IMG/VR virus record: IMGVR_UViG_3300020044_005637
Span: 1-45,359 of that record
Length of the DNA: 45,359 nucleotides
Origin: a virus
Taxonomy: Duplodnaviria > Caudoviricetes
Reading direction: 5' to 3' (one strand)
Positions 9,736-18,057 of the stretch are shown here, one piece after another. Position numbers and translations under genes: made by a program. Numbering within the stretch: the first letter of the stretch is position 1; each line of letters starts with the position of its first letter. A model generated the notes under the pieces. The model was given only the letters and a program-made list of their open reading frames with translations. It searched no databases and was not told where the DNA came from.

Positions 9736-10362
9736 ATGTCAGCAATTGTTTTAACCTCTGAGACGCTGATCGCTACACCAGCCGCAGGGAATATTGAGTA
9801 TTCAAGCCCGATCATAACAGCCACAACCATTGGCACACAACGAGGAATTATTCCGACTGAGCAGTATTACAGACTTAACTCAGCAGTTGTCGGCACTCAA
9901 GTCACTACCGCACAAAGCATATTTGGTGTTGGCGTTACGCTGTCAGCAAGCACTGCGTACGAGTTTGAAATGATTTTTGCGTTAAGTAAATCTGCTGGCA
10001 TAACATCAAATACAGTAGGTTTTGGGTTTGGTGGAACAGCAACATTAAATAACATTTTTTATCTTTCTAGTGGAAGCGCAATGACTTCCGTTACATCTGC
10101 CGCATCTATAGGCTCATCTTATGGATCATTTGCAATAGTAGCATCGAATGTAAACACAAATATGGTAACAACAAGTGCTGCTGTAACTTGGACTGTAATT
10201 TTAAAAGGCACAGTATCAGTTAACGCTGGTGGAACATTCATCCCGCAGTACACACTATCAGCTGCACCCGGCGGAGCATACTCAACAGTTGCTGGTAGTT
10301 TTATAAAAATTGCACCAATTGGTGTGGCTGGATCTAATACCCGTGTTGGAACTTGGAGTTAA
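9736..10362 (+). CDS. Tail fibre-like module
   Basis: Ser/Thr/Ala-rich; start reassigned to ATG 9736 after RBS AAGGA. Confidence 0.55.
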   Translation: MSAIVLTSETLIATPAAGNIEYSSPIITATTIGTQRGIIPTEQYYRLNSAVVGTQVTTAQSIFGVGVTLSASTAYEFEMIFALSKSAGITSNTVGFGFGGTATLNNIFYLSSGSAMTSVTSAASIGSSYGSFAIVASNVNTNMVTTSAAVTWTVILKGTVSVNAGGTFIPQYTLSAAPGGAYSTVAGSFIKIAPIGVAGSNTRVGTWS

Positions 10363-10364
10363 TC

Positions 10365-10898
10365 ATGGCAACAGTAATTGATGGTTCAGCAAGTGTCACG
10401 ATAAATAATGGTGCGGTACTGGGGATTAACTCTGGTACTGTCGTTACTCCGACAAGTGGAACAGCGGTTGTTTTTACGGGAATACCATCTTGGGCGAAAC
10501 GTATCACCATCATGATGACTGGTGTTACATATTCAACAACTATTTCAATGAATATGCAGATAGGTTCTGGTTCTGTATCTACTAGCGGGTATACAAGTGT
10601 TGGTTCAGCAGTTTTGCCAGCATCAGTTACTGGTGTATCTACTGGTTCTGGAACAGGTATTGCAACTCATGGTTCGTATACTGGCCCAGTATCCGGTCAG
10701 TTTGTCTTTACTCTATTAAATTCAGCCACAAATTTGTGGTTAGGCTCAGGGTCTATTGCATATTCTGGTCAACCTACTGTACAAACAGCTACAGGATATA
10801 TCGCACTTGCTGGTGCATTAGATAGAGTTCAAATTAACACAGTCGCTGGTACAGCTACTTTAAGTGCTGGCTCAATCAACATTTTTTATGAAGGCTAA
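10365..10898 (+). CDS. Tail fibre-like module
   Basis: FTGIPSWAKRITI motif; start reassigned to ATG 10365 after GGAG. Confidence 0.6.
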   Translation: MATVIDGSASVTINNGAVLGINSGTVVTPTSGTAVVFTGIPSWAKRITIMMTGVTYSTTISMNMQIGSGSVSTSGYTSVGSAVLPASVTGVSTGSGTGIATHGSYTGPVSGQFVFTLLNSATNLWLGSGSIAYSGQPTVQTATGYIALAGALDRVQINTVAGTATLSAGSINIFYEG

Positions 10899-10901
10899 AC
10901 G

Positions 10902-11078
10902 ATGACGCACAGAATCGTAGTAAATGTCCAGACAGGTGAAGTTACTCAAGTTGAGTACACCCCAGAAGAACAAGCAATCCATGATGCGGAAGTAGCGTCT
11001 CAGACAGCCGAGGCGCAGGCCTCAGTAGAAGCGCCACAAACCCAACAGATACCAGATAATCCCCCACAAGGAGAGTAA
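10902..11078 (+). CDS. 58-aa acidic protein (MTHRIVVNVQTGEVTQVEYTPEEQ...), probable fibre chaperone; not in the ORF track
   Basis: Fills the gap exactly; translated by hand. Confidence 0.65.
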   Translation: MTHRIVVNVQTGEVTQVEYTPEEQAIHDAEVASQTAEAQASVEAPQTQQIPDNPPQGE

Positions 11079-11080
11079 CA

Positions 11081-11986
11081 ATGGCTCAACAGAAATTTAC
11101 CAACAATGCAGTAGCCACGCTATCTGCATCTATCAACAGCACAGCCACCACGATTACAGTTGCCTCCGGACAGGGCGCTCTGTTCCCCACTCTGTCAACA
11201 GGCGATTATTTCTACGCCACCATAATTGACTCTAGTAACAATATTGAGATTGTTAAAGTTACAGCCAGATCGACAGATTCATTAACAGTTGTTCGTGCTC
11301 AAGAGGGAACAACAGGTAGATCTTTCATTGGTGGAGACAACATCTCTCTGAGAGTAACAGCCGCTGGCTTGAACAACTTTGCTGGTCAGGACAAGAATAA
11401 TACGTTCTCTGGAACAAACACATTCTCCGGAACAAACACTTTCAGCAGCACCCTTACTATTTCAGGAGCAGCGACTGTTTCTGGGACTCTGGCTGTACCA
11501 ACCCAATCGTTTGGAGACAATGACACGTCAGCCGCATCAACTGCTTTTGTTCAGGCGGCACTAGCGGCAATGTATCCAGTTGGATCTATCTATACAAATG
11601 CAACTGATAGCACCAATCCGGCAACACTACTTGGCTTCGGCACGTGGACTGCATTTGCCGCTGGTCGAGTCATGGTCGGCCTTAACGCAAGTAATTCACT
11701 ATTTGATACCGCAGAAGAAACCGGAGGTAGTGCTGATGCTGTTGTCGTAAGCCACACGCACACTGCGACAGTGACAGACCCGGGACACACCCACACACAT
11801 AATGCCAACATTAGTAGCCAACAGAACTTAGCTGGAGGCGGCTCAAACACTGTCTCCCTTTCACTTGCAACTATCAATTCCGCATTTACAGGCATCTCTG
11901 TTTCAAACAGTACCACTGGTGTAAGTGGTACAAATGCAAATTATCAGCCATACATTACTGTTTACATGTGGAAAAGGACTGCGTAA
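11081..11986 (+). CDS. Tail/baseplate-wedge-like protein (T4 gp10 C-terminal-like domain)
   Basis: YPVGSIY...NPATLLGFGTW...GRVMVG...QPYITVYMWKRTA motif. Confidence 0.7.
   Translation: MAQQKFTNNAVATLSASINSTATTITVASGQGALFPTLSTGDYFYATIIDSSNNIEIVKVTARSTDSLTVVRAQEGTTGRSFIGGDNISLRVTAAGLNNFAGQDKNNTFSGTNTFSGTNTFSSTLTISGAATVSGTLAVPTQSFGDNDTSAASTAFVQAALAAMYPVGSIYTNATDSTNPATLLGFGTWTAFAAGRVMVGLNASNSLFDTAEETGGSADAVVVSHTHTATVTDPGHTHTHNANISSQQNLAGGGSNTVSLSLATINSAFTGISVSNSTTGVSGTNANYQPYITVYMWKRTA
11398..11445 (+). repeat. Imperfect 18-bp tandem repeat coding NTFSGT x~3
   Basis: aatacgttctctggaaca aacacattctccggaaca aacactttcagc. Confidence 0.7.
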
Positions 11987-12180
11987 TGGAAGACCTAGAA
12001 AGAAACTTTGCTGTGCATGAGGCTGTTTGCGCCCAAAGATATGACGCTATACAGAAGTCTCTTGCTGATGGCGATAAACGCATGACAAAGATTGAGTATC
12101 TTTTGTACGCTGTAATTGTCGTAGTTCTGTTTGGGCCGGGTGTTGCTGCTGAGTTTGTGAAGAAATTCTTAGGGGTCTGA
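11986..12180 (+). CDS. Small single-TM protein (XhlA/holin-like)
   Basis: HEAVCAQRY coiled coil followed by a hydrophobic helix; first gene of the lysis block. Confidence 0.55.
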   Translation: MEDLERNFAVHEAVCAQRYDAIQKSLADGDKRMTKIEYLLYAVIVVVLFGPGVAAEFVKKFLGV

Positions 12181-12181
12181 A

Positions 12182-12877
12182 ATTGATCCGATCTCACTCC
12201 TCTTTGCTGCAAATGCTTGCGTTGCCGCCATCAAAGAAGGCTGTGAGTTATACAAGCAAGCAAAGACATCTTTCATGGAGGTTAAGGCTACTGTTGACGA
12301 AGCTATCGGAGTCGGAAAAGAAATCTATGGCTTCTGGGGGAAGCTGGCAAAACTCTTTGGCGGCGCACCAAAACCGTCCCCAGCCAAGCCTGTGGCGAAA
12401 AAGAAAGACAAATACGTCGCTGTTGACGAAACGCAGGTCATGGTTGGAGTTGTCAAGAGTCTTACAGAATTCTTCAAACTACAAGAACAACTAGCCGCAC
12501 ACATTAGGGAGGAAGAGGAGAAAAGCCGTAACGTCTTTAACCCTGACCAGAACCAAATGGAAGCCGCATTGAAGCGGGTCATGGCGATGGATCAGATGGC
12601 GGCCTTGGAAGTGACAATCAGAGAAACGATGGTCTATCAGTCACCGCCAGAGATGGGGGCTTTATATTCCAAAGTGTTTGAGATGCGAGATGTGATTGCC
12701 GCTGAACAAGAGGCGGCCAGATTAGCGCAAGAACAGCGGGAAAGAAGATTGAGATGGCAACGTCACCAAAGGGAGGCGGATCGAAACCTAAAGGCAGGAG
12801 CGGCAATCTTAACCCTAATCCTTATCGCATACCTGTGGACATGGTTCCTGTGGCTCAGCCAGTGGAGGACAGCGTAA
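12182..12877 (+). CDS. Coiled-coil membrane protein of the lysis block, probable ATT start
   Basis: Frame is open from 12173; IDPISLLFAANACVAAIKEG precedes the first ATG (12275); C-terminal TM helix. Confidence 0.6.
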   Translation: MDPISLLFAANACVAAIKEGCELYKQAKTSFMEVKATVDEAIGVGKEIYGFWGKLAKLFGGAPKPSPAKPVAKKKDKYVAVDETQVMVGVVKSLTEFFKLQEQLAAHIREEEEKSRNVFNPDQNQMEAALKRVMAMDQMAALEVTIRETMVYQSPPEMGALYSKVFEMRDVIAAEQEAARLAQEQRERRLRWQRHQREADRNLKAGAAILTLILIAYLWTWFLWLSQWRTA

Positions 12878-13137
12878 TGGGCGTAGTTGGGTGGGTAATG
12901 GCCGTCATTTTGGCGGCTTTCATGCTGCCAATACTTGCATTCTTGTATCTCGATATATTGGAGGCCAAGCATGAAGTAAAGCAACAGACTGAACAGATTG
13001 AAAAACTTAGACGACAGATAGAGAGGAGAGAACGTGACAAGAAGCCTGATACTTTTGCTGACAATCCTTTGTTTGACAGGGTGCGAAGACCGCTTTCGCT
13101 ACCCATGCCAAGATCCAAAGAATTGGGAGACCCCTGA
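12877..13137 (+). CDS. i-spanin-like protein (N-terminal TM plus coiled coil)
   Basis: TAATG-coupled start; MGVVGWVMAVILAAFMLPILAFLYL then a charged heptad segment. Confidence 0.5.
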   Translation: MGVVGWVMAVILAAFMLPILAFLYLDILEAKHEVKQQTEQIEKLRRQIERRERDKKPDTFADNPLFDRVRRPLSLPMPRSKELGDP

Positions 13138-13213
13138 TTGCAAGCCACCAATTTGCACTGCAACAGGCACATGCCCTGAACAACTCACAACCCCAGAAAA
13201 GGAGAAGAAATAA
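13034..13213 (+). CDS. 59-aa Cys/Pro-rich lipoprotein (o-spanin-like) overlapping the previous gene; not in the ORF track
   Basis: GTG start after AGGAG; MTRSLILLLTILCLTG-C lipobox; mature part CEDRFRYPCQDPKNWETPDCKPPICTATGTCPEQL. Confidence 0.7.
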   Translation: MTRSLILLLTILCLTGCEDRFRYPCQDPKNWETPDCKPPICTATGTCPEQLTTPEKEKK

Positions 13214-13533
13214 TGCCAACCGTCGTTATGAATAAATCAAACCGCATGACCGCCGAGGAAATCGAGGTCAGGATTTGGGCAATTGTGATCTTCTCCTTGA
13301 CAATGATCTTGCTTGGATCTGTTGCCATGTTCTTGTACAGCGTTTCATTTGTGACTCAGCCTATGTCAGGTATGGCTGCGATTGACAAAGTCTATACCCA
13401 ACAGATCAATACCATCATGGTATTTATTACTGGCGTATTAGGTGGCGTAGCTGGACGTTCTGCTGTGTCAGCCAGTGCCAAAGCAATTGCTAAGGCTGAC
13501 GCAGACTCTGACAATGAGCCTCCTGCCCCATGA
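13213..13533 (+). CDS. Two-TM holin-like protein
   Basis: Two hydrophobic segments; located in the lysis block. Confidence 0.55.
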   Translation: MPTVVMNKSNRMTAEEIEVRIWAIVIFSLTMILLGSVAMFLYSVSFVTQPMSGMAAIDKVYTQQINTIMVFITGVLGGVAGRSAVSASAKAIAKADADSDNEPPAP

Positions 13534-14009
13534 GCATATTCAATCCATACGTCCTGCTTGGCATTGTTCTGTCCATTCTGTCGGCTTTTGGCGGCGGATA
13601 CTTCAAGGGCAAGCATGACGAGACAGTCAGACAGCAGTTGGAGATTGCCGCCCTTAACGCTCAAGCTCGGGCAAAAGAACAGGCGCTGATCTCCGCTGTC
13701 TCCACTCAAGCATCCAAACTTCAGAAGGCTAACTACGATGCGAAACTTGCTGCAAAAGAGCGTGACACTGCTATTGCCTCTGGCAATCTCAAGCTGCGGG
13801 TTCCTGTCAAAACCCCCGTCTGCCCCATACAAACCGCCGGAGATACCTCCGCTTCCACCGGAAATAGCGTTCAAGCAGGAGCCGAACTTGACCCAGCGAC
13901 TGCTCAATCTCTTGTCGCCATCACCGACCAAGGAGACGCAAACACCCGCCAACTCAACGCCTGCATCGATGCCTACAACACCGTCTACCAAACCCTAAGG
14001 AGTAAATAA
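13530..14009 (+). CDS. Rz-like i-spanin
   Basis: N-terminal TM, coiled coil, LRVPV, and AELDP...ITDQGD...QLNAC C-terminal Rz-type motif. Confidence 0.8.
   Translation: MSIFNPYVLLGIVLSILSAFGGGYFKGKHDETVRQQLEIAALNAQARAKEQALISAVSTQASKLQKANYDAKLAAKERDTAIASGNLKLRVPVKTPVCPIQTAGDTSASTGNSVQAGAELDPATAQSLVAITDQGDANTRQLNACIDAYNTVYQTLRSK
13738..13998 (+). CDS. Rz1-like o-spanin lipoprotein embedded in the +1 frame of Rz
   Basis: Signal peptide with LAISS-C lipobox; very Pro-rich mature region; fully nested as in lambda Rz/Rz1. Confidence 0.75.
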   Translation: MRNLLQKSVTLLLPLAISSCGFLSKPPSAPYKPPEIPPLPPEIAFKQEPNLTQRLLNLLSPSPTKETQTPANSTPASMPTTPSTKP

Positions 14010-14473
14010 TGCAACTCAGCCCCAACTTTTCCCTGCACGAATTGACCAAGTCAGAGACGGCCTTGCGCCTTGGCTTGGACAACACACCAGAAGATGACGC
14101 TATCGAAAACCTACGTGTATTGTGTGAGAAAGTATTACAACCAGTCCGTGACCATTACGGCAAAGGCGTGAAGGTGAACTCAGCCTATCGCAGTCCAGAG
14201 AGTAATGCGGCAGTGGGCGGATCAAAAACCAGTGACCATTGCAAAGGCCAAGCAGCCGATATTGAAATTCCGGGCGTAGCAAATGCTGACTTAGCGCAGT
14301 GGATCATGGATAATCTGGAATATACACAGTTGATTCTTGAGTTCTATACACCGGGAATTCCTGACAGCGGCTGGGTACATGTCAGTTACGATCCAAACAA
14401 CTTGAAGAAGCAGGAATTAACTGCCACCAAAGTTGCTGGGAAGACGACCTACTTGAACGGATTGGTTGCTTAA
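14009..14473 (+). CDS. Endolysin, peptidase M15A family
   Basis: SAYRS...N.AVGG..TSDHCKGQAADI...WVHVS Zn-binding motif. Confidence 0.9.
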   Translation: MQLSPNFSLHELTKSETALRLGLDNTPEDDAIENLRVLCEKVLQPVRDHYGKGVKVNSAYRSPESNAAVGGSKTSDHCKGQAADIEIPGVANADLAQWIMDNLEYTQLILEFYTPGIPDSGWVHVSYDPNNLKKQELTATKVAGKTTYLNGLVA

Positions 14474-16285
14474 ATGGCTGGACTGAAGTTATCTGCTTTT
14501 GCTGGTATAGCCCCGAGGGTTGGCGTAGCTTTGTTGAAAGACAATGAGGCTGAGACAGCAATCAACACCAAGCTATATAGCGGAGAACTTCGCTCATGGA
14601 ATAAGCCAAACGAAGTTGCTGGGGCTAACAACATCGTGGCTAACGCCATGTCAATCTATAAGCACAAAGACGCATCGGGTGGAGATTTGTGGCTTTCATG
14701 GACAACAGATGTGAACGTTGTTCCAAGCCCAATTTTCGATACCGGCCAAAGTCCAATCTATTACACAGGCTCAGGCACACCAAAGAAAACAAACTCAACT
14801 CTATCTGAAACAGGTTCTTCTCCATACCCCGGAGATTATTACGAGATGGGTGTGCCTGCGCCAACATCAGCTCCAAGCGTTTCTGCTGCTGGTGGCTCTG
14901 GCACAGCAGAGAGTCGTGTATATCTGTTCACCTATATATCACTCTTTGGAACAATCGAAGAAGAGTCTGCTCCATCTCCTGCGTCATCTGTTATATCTGT
15001 TCTACCGGGCGGCACTGTGACTGTATCTGGATTGGGGACAACAGCACCTGCTGGCGACTACAACATAACAACAAAGAGAATCTACCGTGCAGTGTCCGGA
15101 ACAAACAGCACTATCTATTTAAAGGTAGCTGATGTCTCCATTGGAACAGCATCGTATTCAGATACAAAAACCGCCACCCAGTTGGGCGTTGCCTTGAGTT
15201 CGTCTAATTACAACCCGCCGCCATCTGACTTGCAGGGCATCTCCTCAATGGCAAACGGCATTTTGGTTGGGTTCAGAGAAAACGAAATTTACTTTTCAGA
15301 ACCGTATATCCCGCATGCTTGGCCTGCTGAATACTCACTAACTGTTGAGTACCCAATTGTTGGTATCGGTTGCTTTGGAGAATCTGTTGTTGTTGCTACG
15401 CAGGGCAATCCATTTGTCATTAGCGGATCAACGCCACAATCAATGTCTCAGGCAAAGATCCCATTGTTTGAGCCTTGCGTCTCCAAGAGATCAATTGTTT
15501 CTGATGACACTGGCGTTATGTATGCATCGCCAAACGGCATTGTAAAAATTGCTCAGGGTTTTGCTGGACTAGCTACAAATGGATTGTTCACTCGTGATGA
15601 GTGGCAGCGCAAGAAGCCATCCACCATGCTTGGCGCTATTCTTGATGGAGCGTATTATCTGTTCTGGGAAGATATAACAAATGAAATTCAACGATGTCTA
15701 ATCCTAGATAGGAATGAAGTAGCCTCTGCACTGACAGAGACATCTGTTTACACAAAAGCATCTTTTGTAGATCCGACATCAGCCCAGTTGTACTTTTCTA
15801 TAAATGATGAGATCAATGAGTGGGAGGGGAACTCAAATAGTTATTTGTCTTACGAGTGGCTATCAAAACTGTTTATTCTCCCAAGGCCTTTGAACTTCTC
15901 TGCCTTGCAGGTAGAAGCAAACTTTGAAGACGTTGACCTTGCTAATGCCTTGATCGCAGAGAACGCAGCAGTAGTCGCAGCAAACCAAGCATTGTTTTCA
16001 TCTGGTGCTGATTTAATGGCGGCATTAAATGCACACGTTGTTAACAGCATGTACGTCAACGGCTCATTGATGGCAGAAACTCCTGATGAGGTTTCTAGTA
16101 GATTCATTCAAATATCTATCTACTGCAATGGGACTTTGGTCACTACAAGACAGATTACAGATAGGAATGCATATCGACTTCCATCTGGCTTCAAGGGTGA
16201 CCGCTGGCAATTCAAGGTAACTGGCAACGTTCCGATCAAAGCAATTAAATTTGCTGAGACCGCAAAGGAGCTTGCCGAGTTATGA
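14474..16285 (+). CDS. Tail nozzle/DNA stabilisation protein (tail tubular B, P22 gp10-like role)
   Basis: 603 aa, beta-rich; FSEPYIPHAWP and RLPSGFK motifs; directly precedes the ejection genes. Confidence 0.7.
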   Translation: MAGLKLSAFAGIAPRVGVALLKDNEAETAINTKLYSGELRSWNKPNEVAGANNIVANAMSIYKHKDASGGDLWLSWTTDVNVVPSPIFDTGQSPIYYTGSGTPKKTNSTLSETGSSPYPGDYYEMGVPAPTSAPSVSAAGGSGTAESRVYLFTYISLFGTIEEESAPSPASSVISVLPGGTVTVSGLGTTAPAGDYNITTKRIYRAVSGTNSTIYLKVADVSIGTASYSDTKTATQLGVALSSSNYNPPPSDLQGISSMANGILVGFRENEIYFSEPYIPHAWPAEYSLTVEYPIVGIGCFGESVVVATQGNPFVISGSTPQSMSQAKIPLFEPCVSKRSIVSDDTGVMYASPNGIVKIAQGFAGLATNGLFTRDEWQRKKPSTMLGAILDGAYYLFWEDITNEIQRCLILDRNEVASALTETSVYTKASFVDPTSAQLYFSINDEINEWEGNSNSYLSYEWLSKLFILPRPLNFSALQVEANFEDVDLANALIAENAAVVAANQALFSSGADLMAALNAHVVNSMYVNGSLMAETPDEVSSRFIQISIYCNGTLVTTRQITDRNAYRLPSGFKGDRWQFKVTGNVPIKAIKFAETAKELAEL

Positions 16286-16482
16286 GAAAGCCAGCCATCC
16301 CCAGCCTGTTACCTATTAAAGATGCATCTCTTGCGGCTGTATTGGCTCCGATGAAAGAGAACATTGAGATCATCAATGGCAGCCGTGAAGGGTTGTTGAC
16401 TACATTACCAACAGATGCGACGCTTGCTCAGGCAGTTGCAAAGATAAACGAAATCATCATCAGGCTGAACTTCCATGAATGA
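16282..16482 (+). CDS. Small hypothetical virion protein
   Basis: Coupled at both ends; KPAIPS...MKENIEIING motif. Confidence 0.6.
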   Translation: MRKPAIPSLLPIKDASLAAVLAPMKENIEIINGSREGLLTTLPTDATLAQAVAKINEIIIRLNFHE

Positions 16483-16915
16483 CATAGAGTTTTTAAGATA
16501 TGCAATGCGTGACGACATGGATGCCGTAGGTCTTGTGCTTTCTGTTGTAAAGATAACTGATATATGGGACAACCTGATTGACAAAGACAAGCCAGTAACA
16601 GACGAGGAAATCAACCAAGTCTTTTGGATGATGCTTGTTGAGATGCCGAGGAACCCAGCATTCCGCAGGTATCAACTGGACATCACCACTGTAATGAGCA
16701 CTGGAATAATTAACTGGCACGTTGCCAATAAATTGCAGACTGGCGACGATCATGCAAAACAGATTGCCCACGTTATTCGCTATTCAATATCAGACATCGC
16801 TTTGTATTTGGCATCAGCAATTGGTGGTGCTGAATGGGCGGCGGAAGTTGGCCCCGAGCTTCGACTACGCTCTCAGAAGGATAAGTTAGAAAACTTTATG
16901 AAGGAAATGAAATGA
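16475..16915 (+). CDS. All-helical protein with a DDxxD-like motif (possible isoprenoid-synthase fold)
   Basis: ITDIWDNLIDKD acidic motif in a helical context; function is inference. Confidence 0.4.
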   Translation: MNDIEFLRYAMRDDMDAVGLVLSVVKITDIWDNLIDKDKPVTDEEINQVFWMMLVEMPRNPAFRRYQLDITTVMSTGIINWHVANKLQTGDDHAKQIAHVIRYSISDIALYLASAIGGAEWAAEVGPELRLRSQKDKLENFMKEMK

Positions 16916-18057
16916 AAGTCAAAACCAAGAAACAGCTTGCTCAAGCAAAACTTGACTTCCTTATAGAACAGGGCGGGGCATGTGCGGCATTAGCTTGCCA
17001 TTTTGATCTTGGTGGAGATAGTCCACCCGACACAAATCCCGGACAGATTGCTGCCGCTGAATCTGCAACTGAAGTAGGCAAGATGCAAAGAGATACTGCG
17101 ATGGAGTATTTGAACTTCTCTAAAGAGCAGTATGCAGATTTCAAAGACGACCTGAAAGAGATTGCTCAGGCTCAAAAGAAGATCATGTCGGATACTGCTG
17201 CCCGTGGTGAGGAGTATGCAGCCTACGAGCGGGAGACATTCCGCCCACTGGAGAAGCGCCTTGTCTCTGAAGCCGAGGCATATGCAACTCCCGCCAAGCA
17301 AGAGGAACTGGCATCTCAAGGTATGGCTGACGTGGCTCAGGCTTATCAGATGCAACGCCAGCAGGCTTTGGACACAATGGCGAAGTACGGCATCAATCCG
17401 AACTCAGCAAGATTTGCAGCCATCAATGCTCAGCTTGGTCAAGGCGAAGCTGCTGCCCGTGCAGGCGTAGCCACAAAGTCAAGGATTGCCGCAGAGGAGA
17501 TGGGCCGTGCCCGTCTGTATGACGCTGCCGCCCTTGGCCGTGGCTTGGCTTCAAACGCCACATCAGCCGCAGGAACCGCAGTGGCCGCTGGAACATCGGC
17601 AGGCGGATCTTTCCAAGCTCCGGGTGAATACATGAGCAAGTCTTATGGACAGACTGGACAGATGCTTGGTGGAGCCTCTTCATCTTTTGGAACAGCAGGA
17701 AACATCTACGGCCAAGAGTTCAACTCTCGCATGCAGGGATATAACGCTCAACAACAAGCCAAAGGCGACATGATGAGTGGAGTAGGTAAGGCTGTTGGTA
17801 TGTGGGCTGGTGGCGGATTTGCAATGCCGTTTGCCGATGGCGGAGAAACAAAACGCCTTGGACGCAAAGGGAAGGTATCTGGCCCCGGTGGGCCTGTCGA
17901 TGACAAGATACCTGCCATGTTATCTGACGGTGAATATGTCTTGCCAGCAGACACAGTTAAGGCCATCGGTACAAAGAAACTAGACAAGCTGGTTAAGAAA
18001 ACACACACGCCTGCCGCAACTCAGCGCCGTCGGGCACTTAACAAAGGGAGCGCATGA
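16912..18057 (+). CDS. DNA ejection/pilot protein 1
   Basis: Ala/Gly/Gln-rich; GINPNSARF motif; C-terminal GPGGPVDDKIPAMLSDGEYV domain. Confidence 0.7.
   Translation: MKVKTKKQLAQAKLDFLIEQGGACAALACHFDLGGDSPPDTNPGQIAAAESATEVGKMQRDTAMEYLNFSKEQYADFKDDLKEIAQAQKKIMSDTAARGEEYAAYERETFRPLEKRLVSEAEAYATPAKQEELASQGMADVAQAYQMQRQQALDTMAKYGINPNSARFAAINAQLGQGEAAARAGVATKSRIAAEEMGRARLYDAAALGRGLASNATSAAGTAVAAGTSAGGSFQAPGEYMSKSYGQTGQMLGGASSSFGTAGNIYGQEFNSRMQGYNAQQQAKGDMMSGVGKAVGMWAGGGFAMPFADGGETKRLGRKGKVSGPGGPVDDKIPAMLSDGEYVLPADTVKAIGTKKLDKLVKKTHTPAATQRRRALNKGSA

Noticed and set aside
4093-11986. Diversity-generating retroelement or invertible shufflon acting on tail genes
   Set aside because: No reverse transcriptase or invertase, and no long adenine-variant repeat pair or inverted crossover sites seen.
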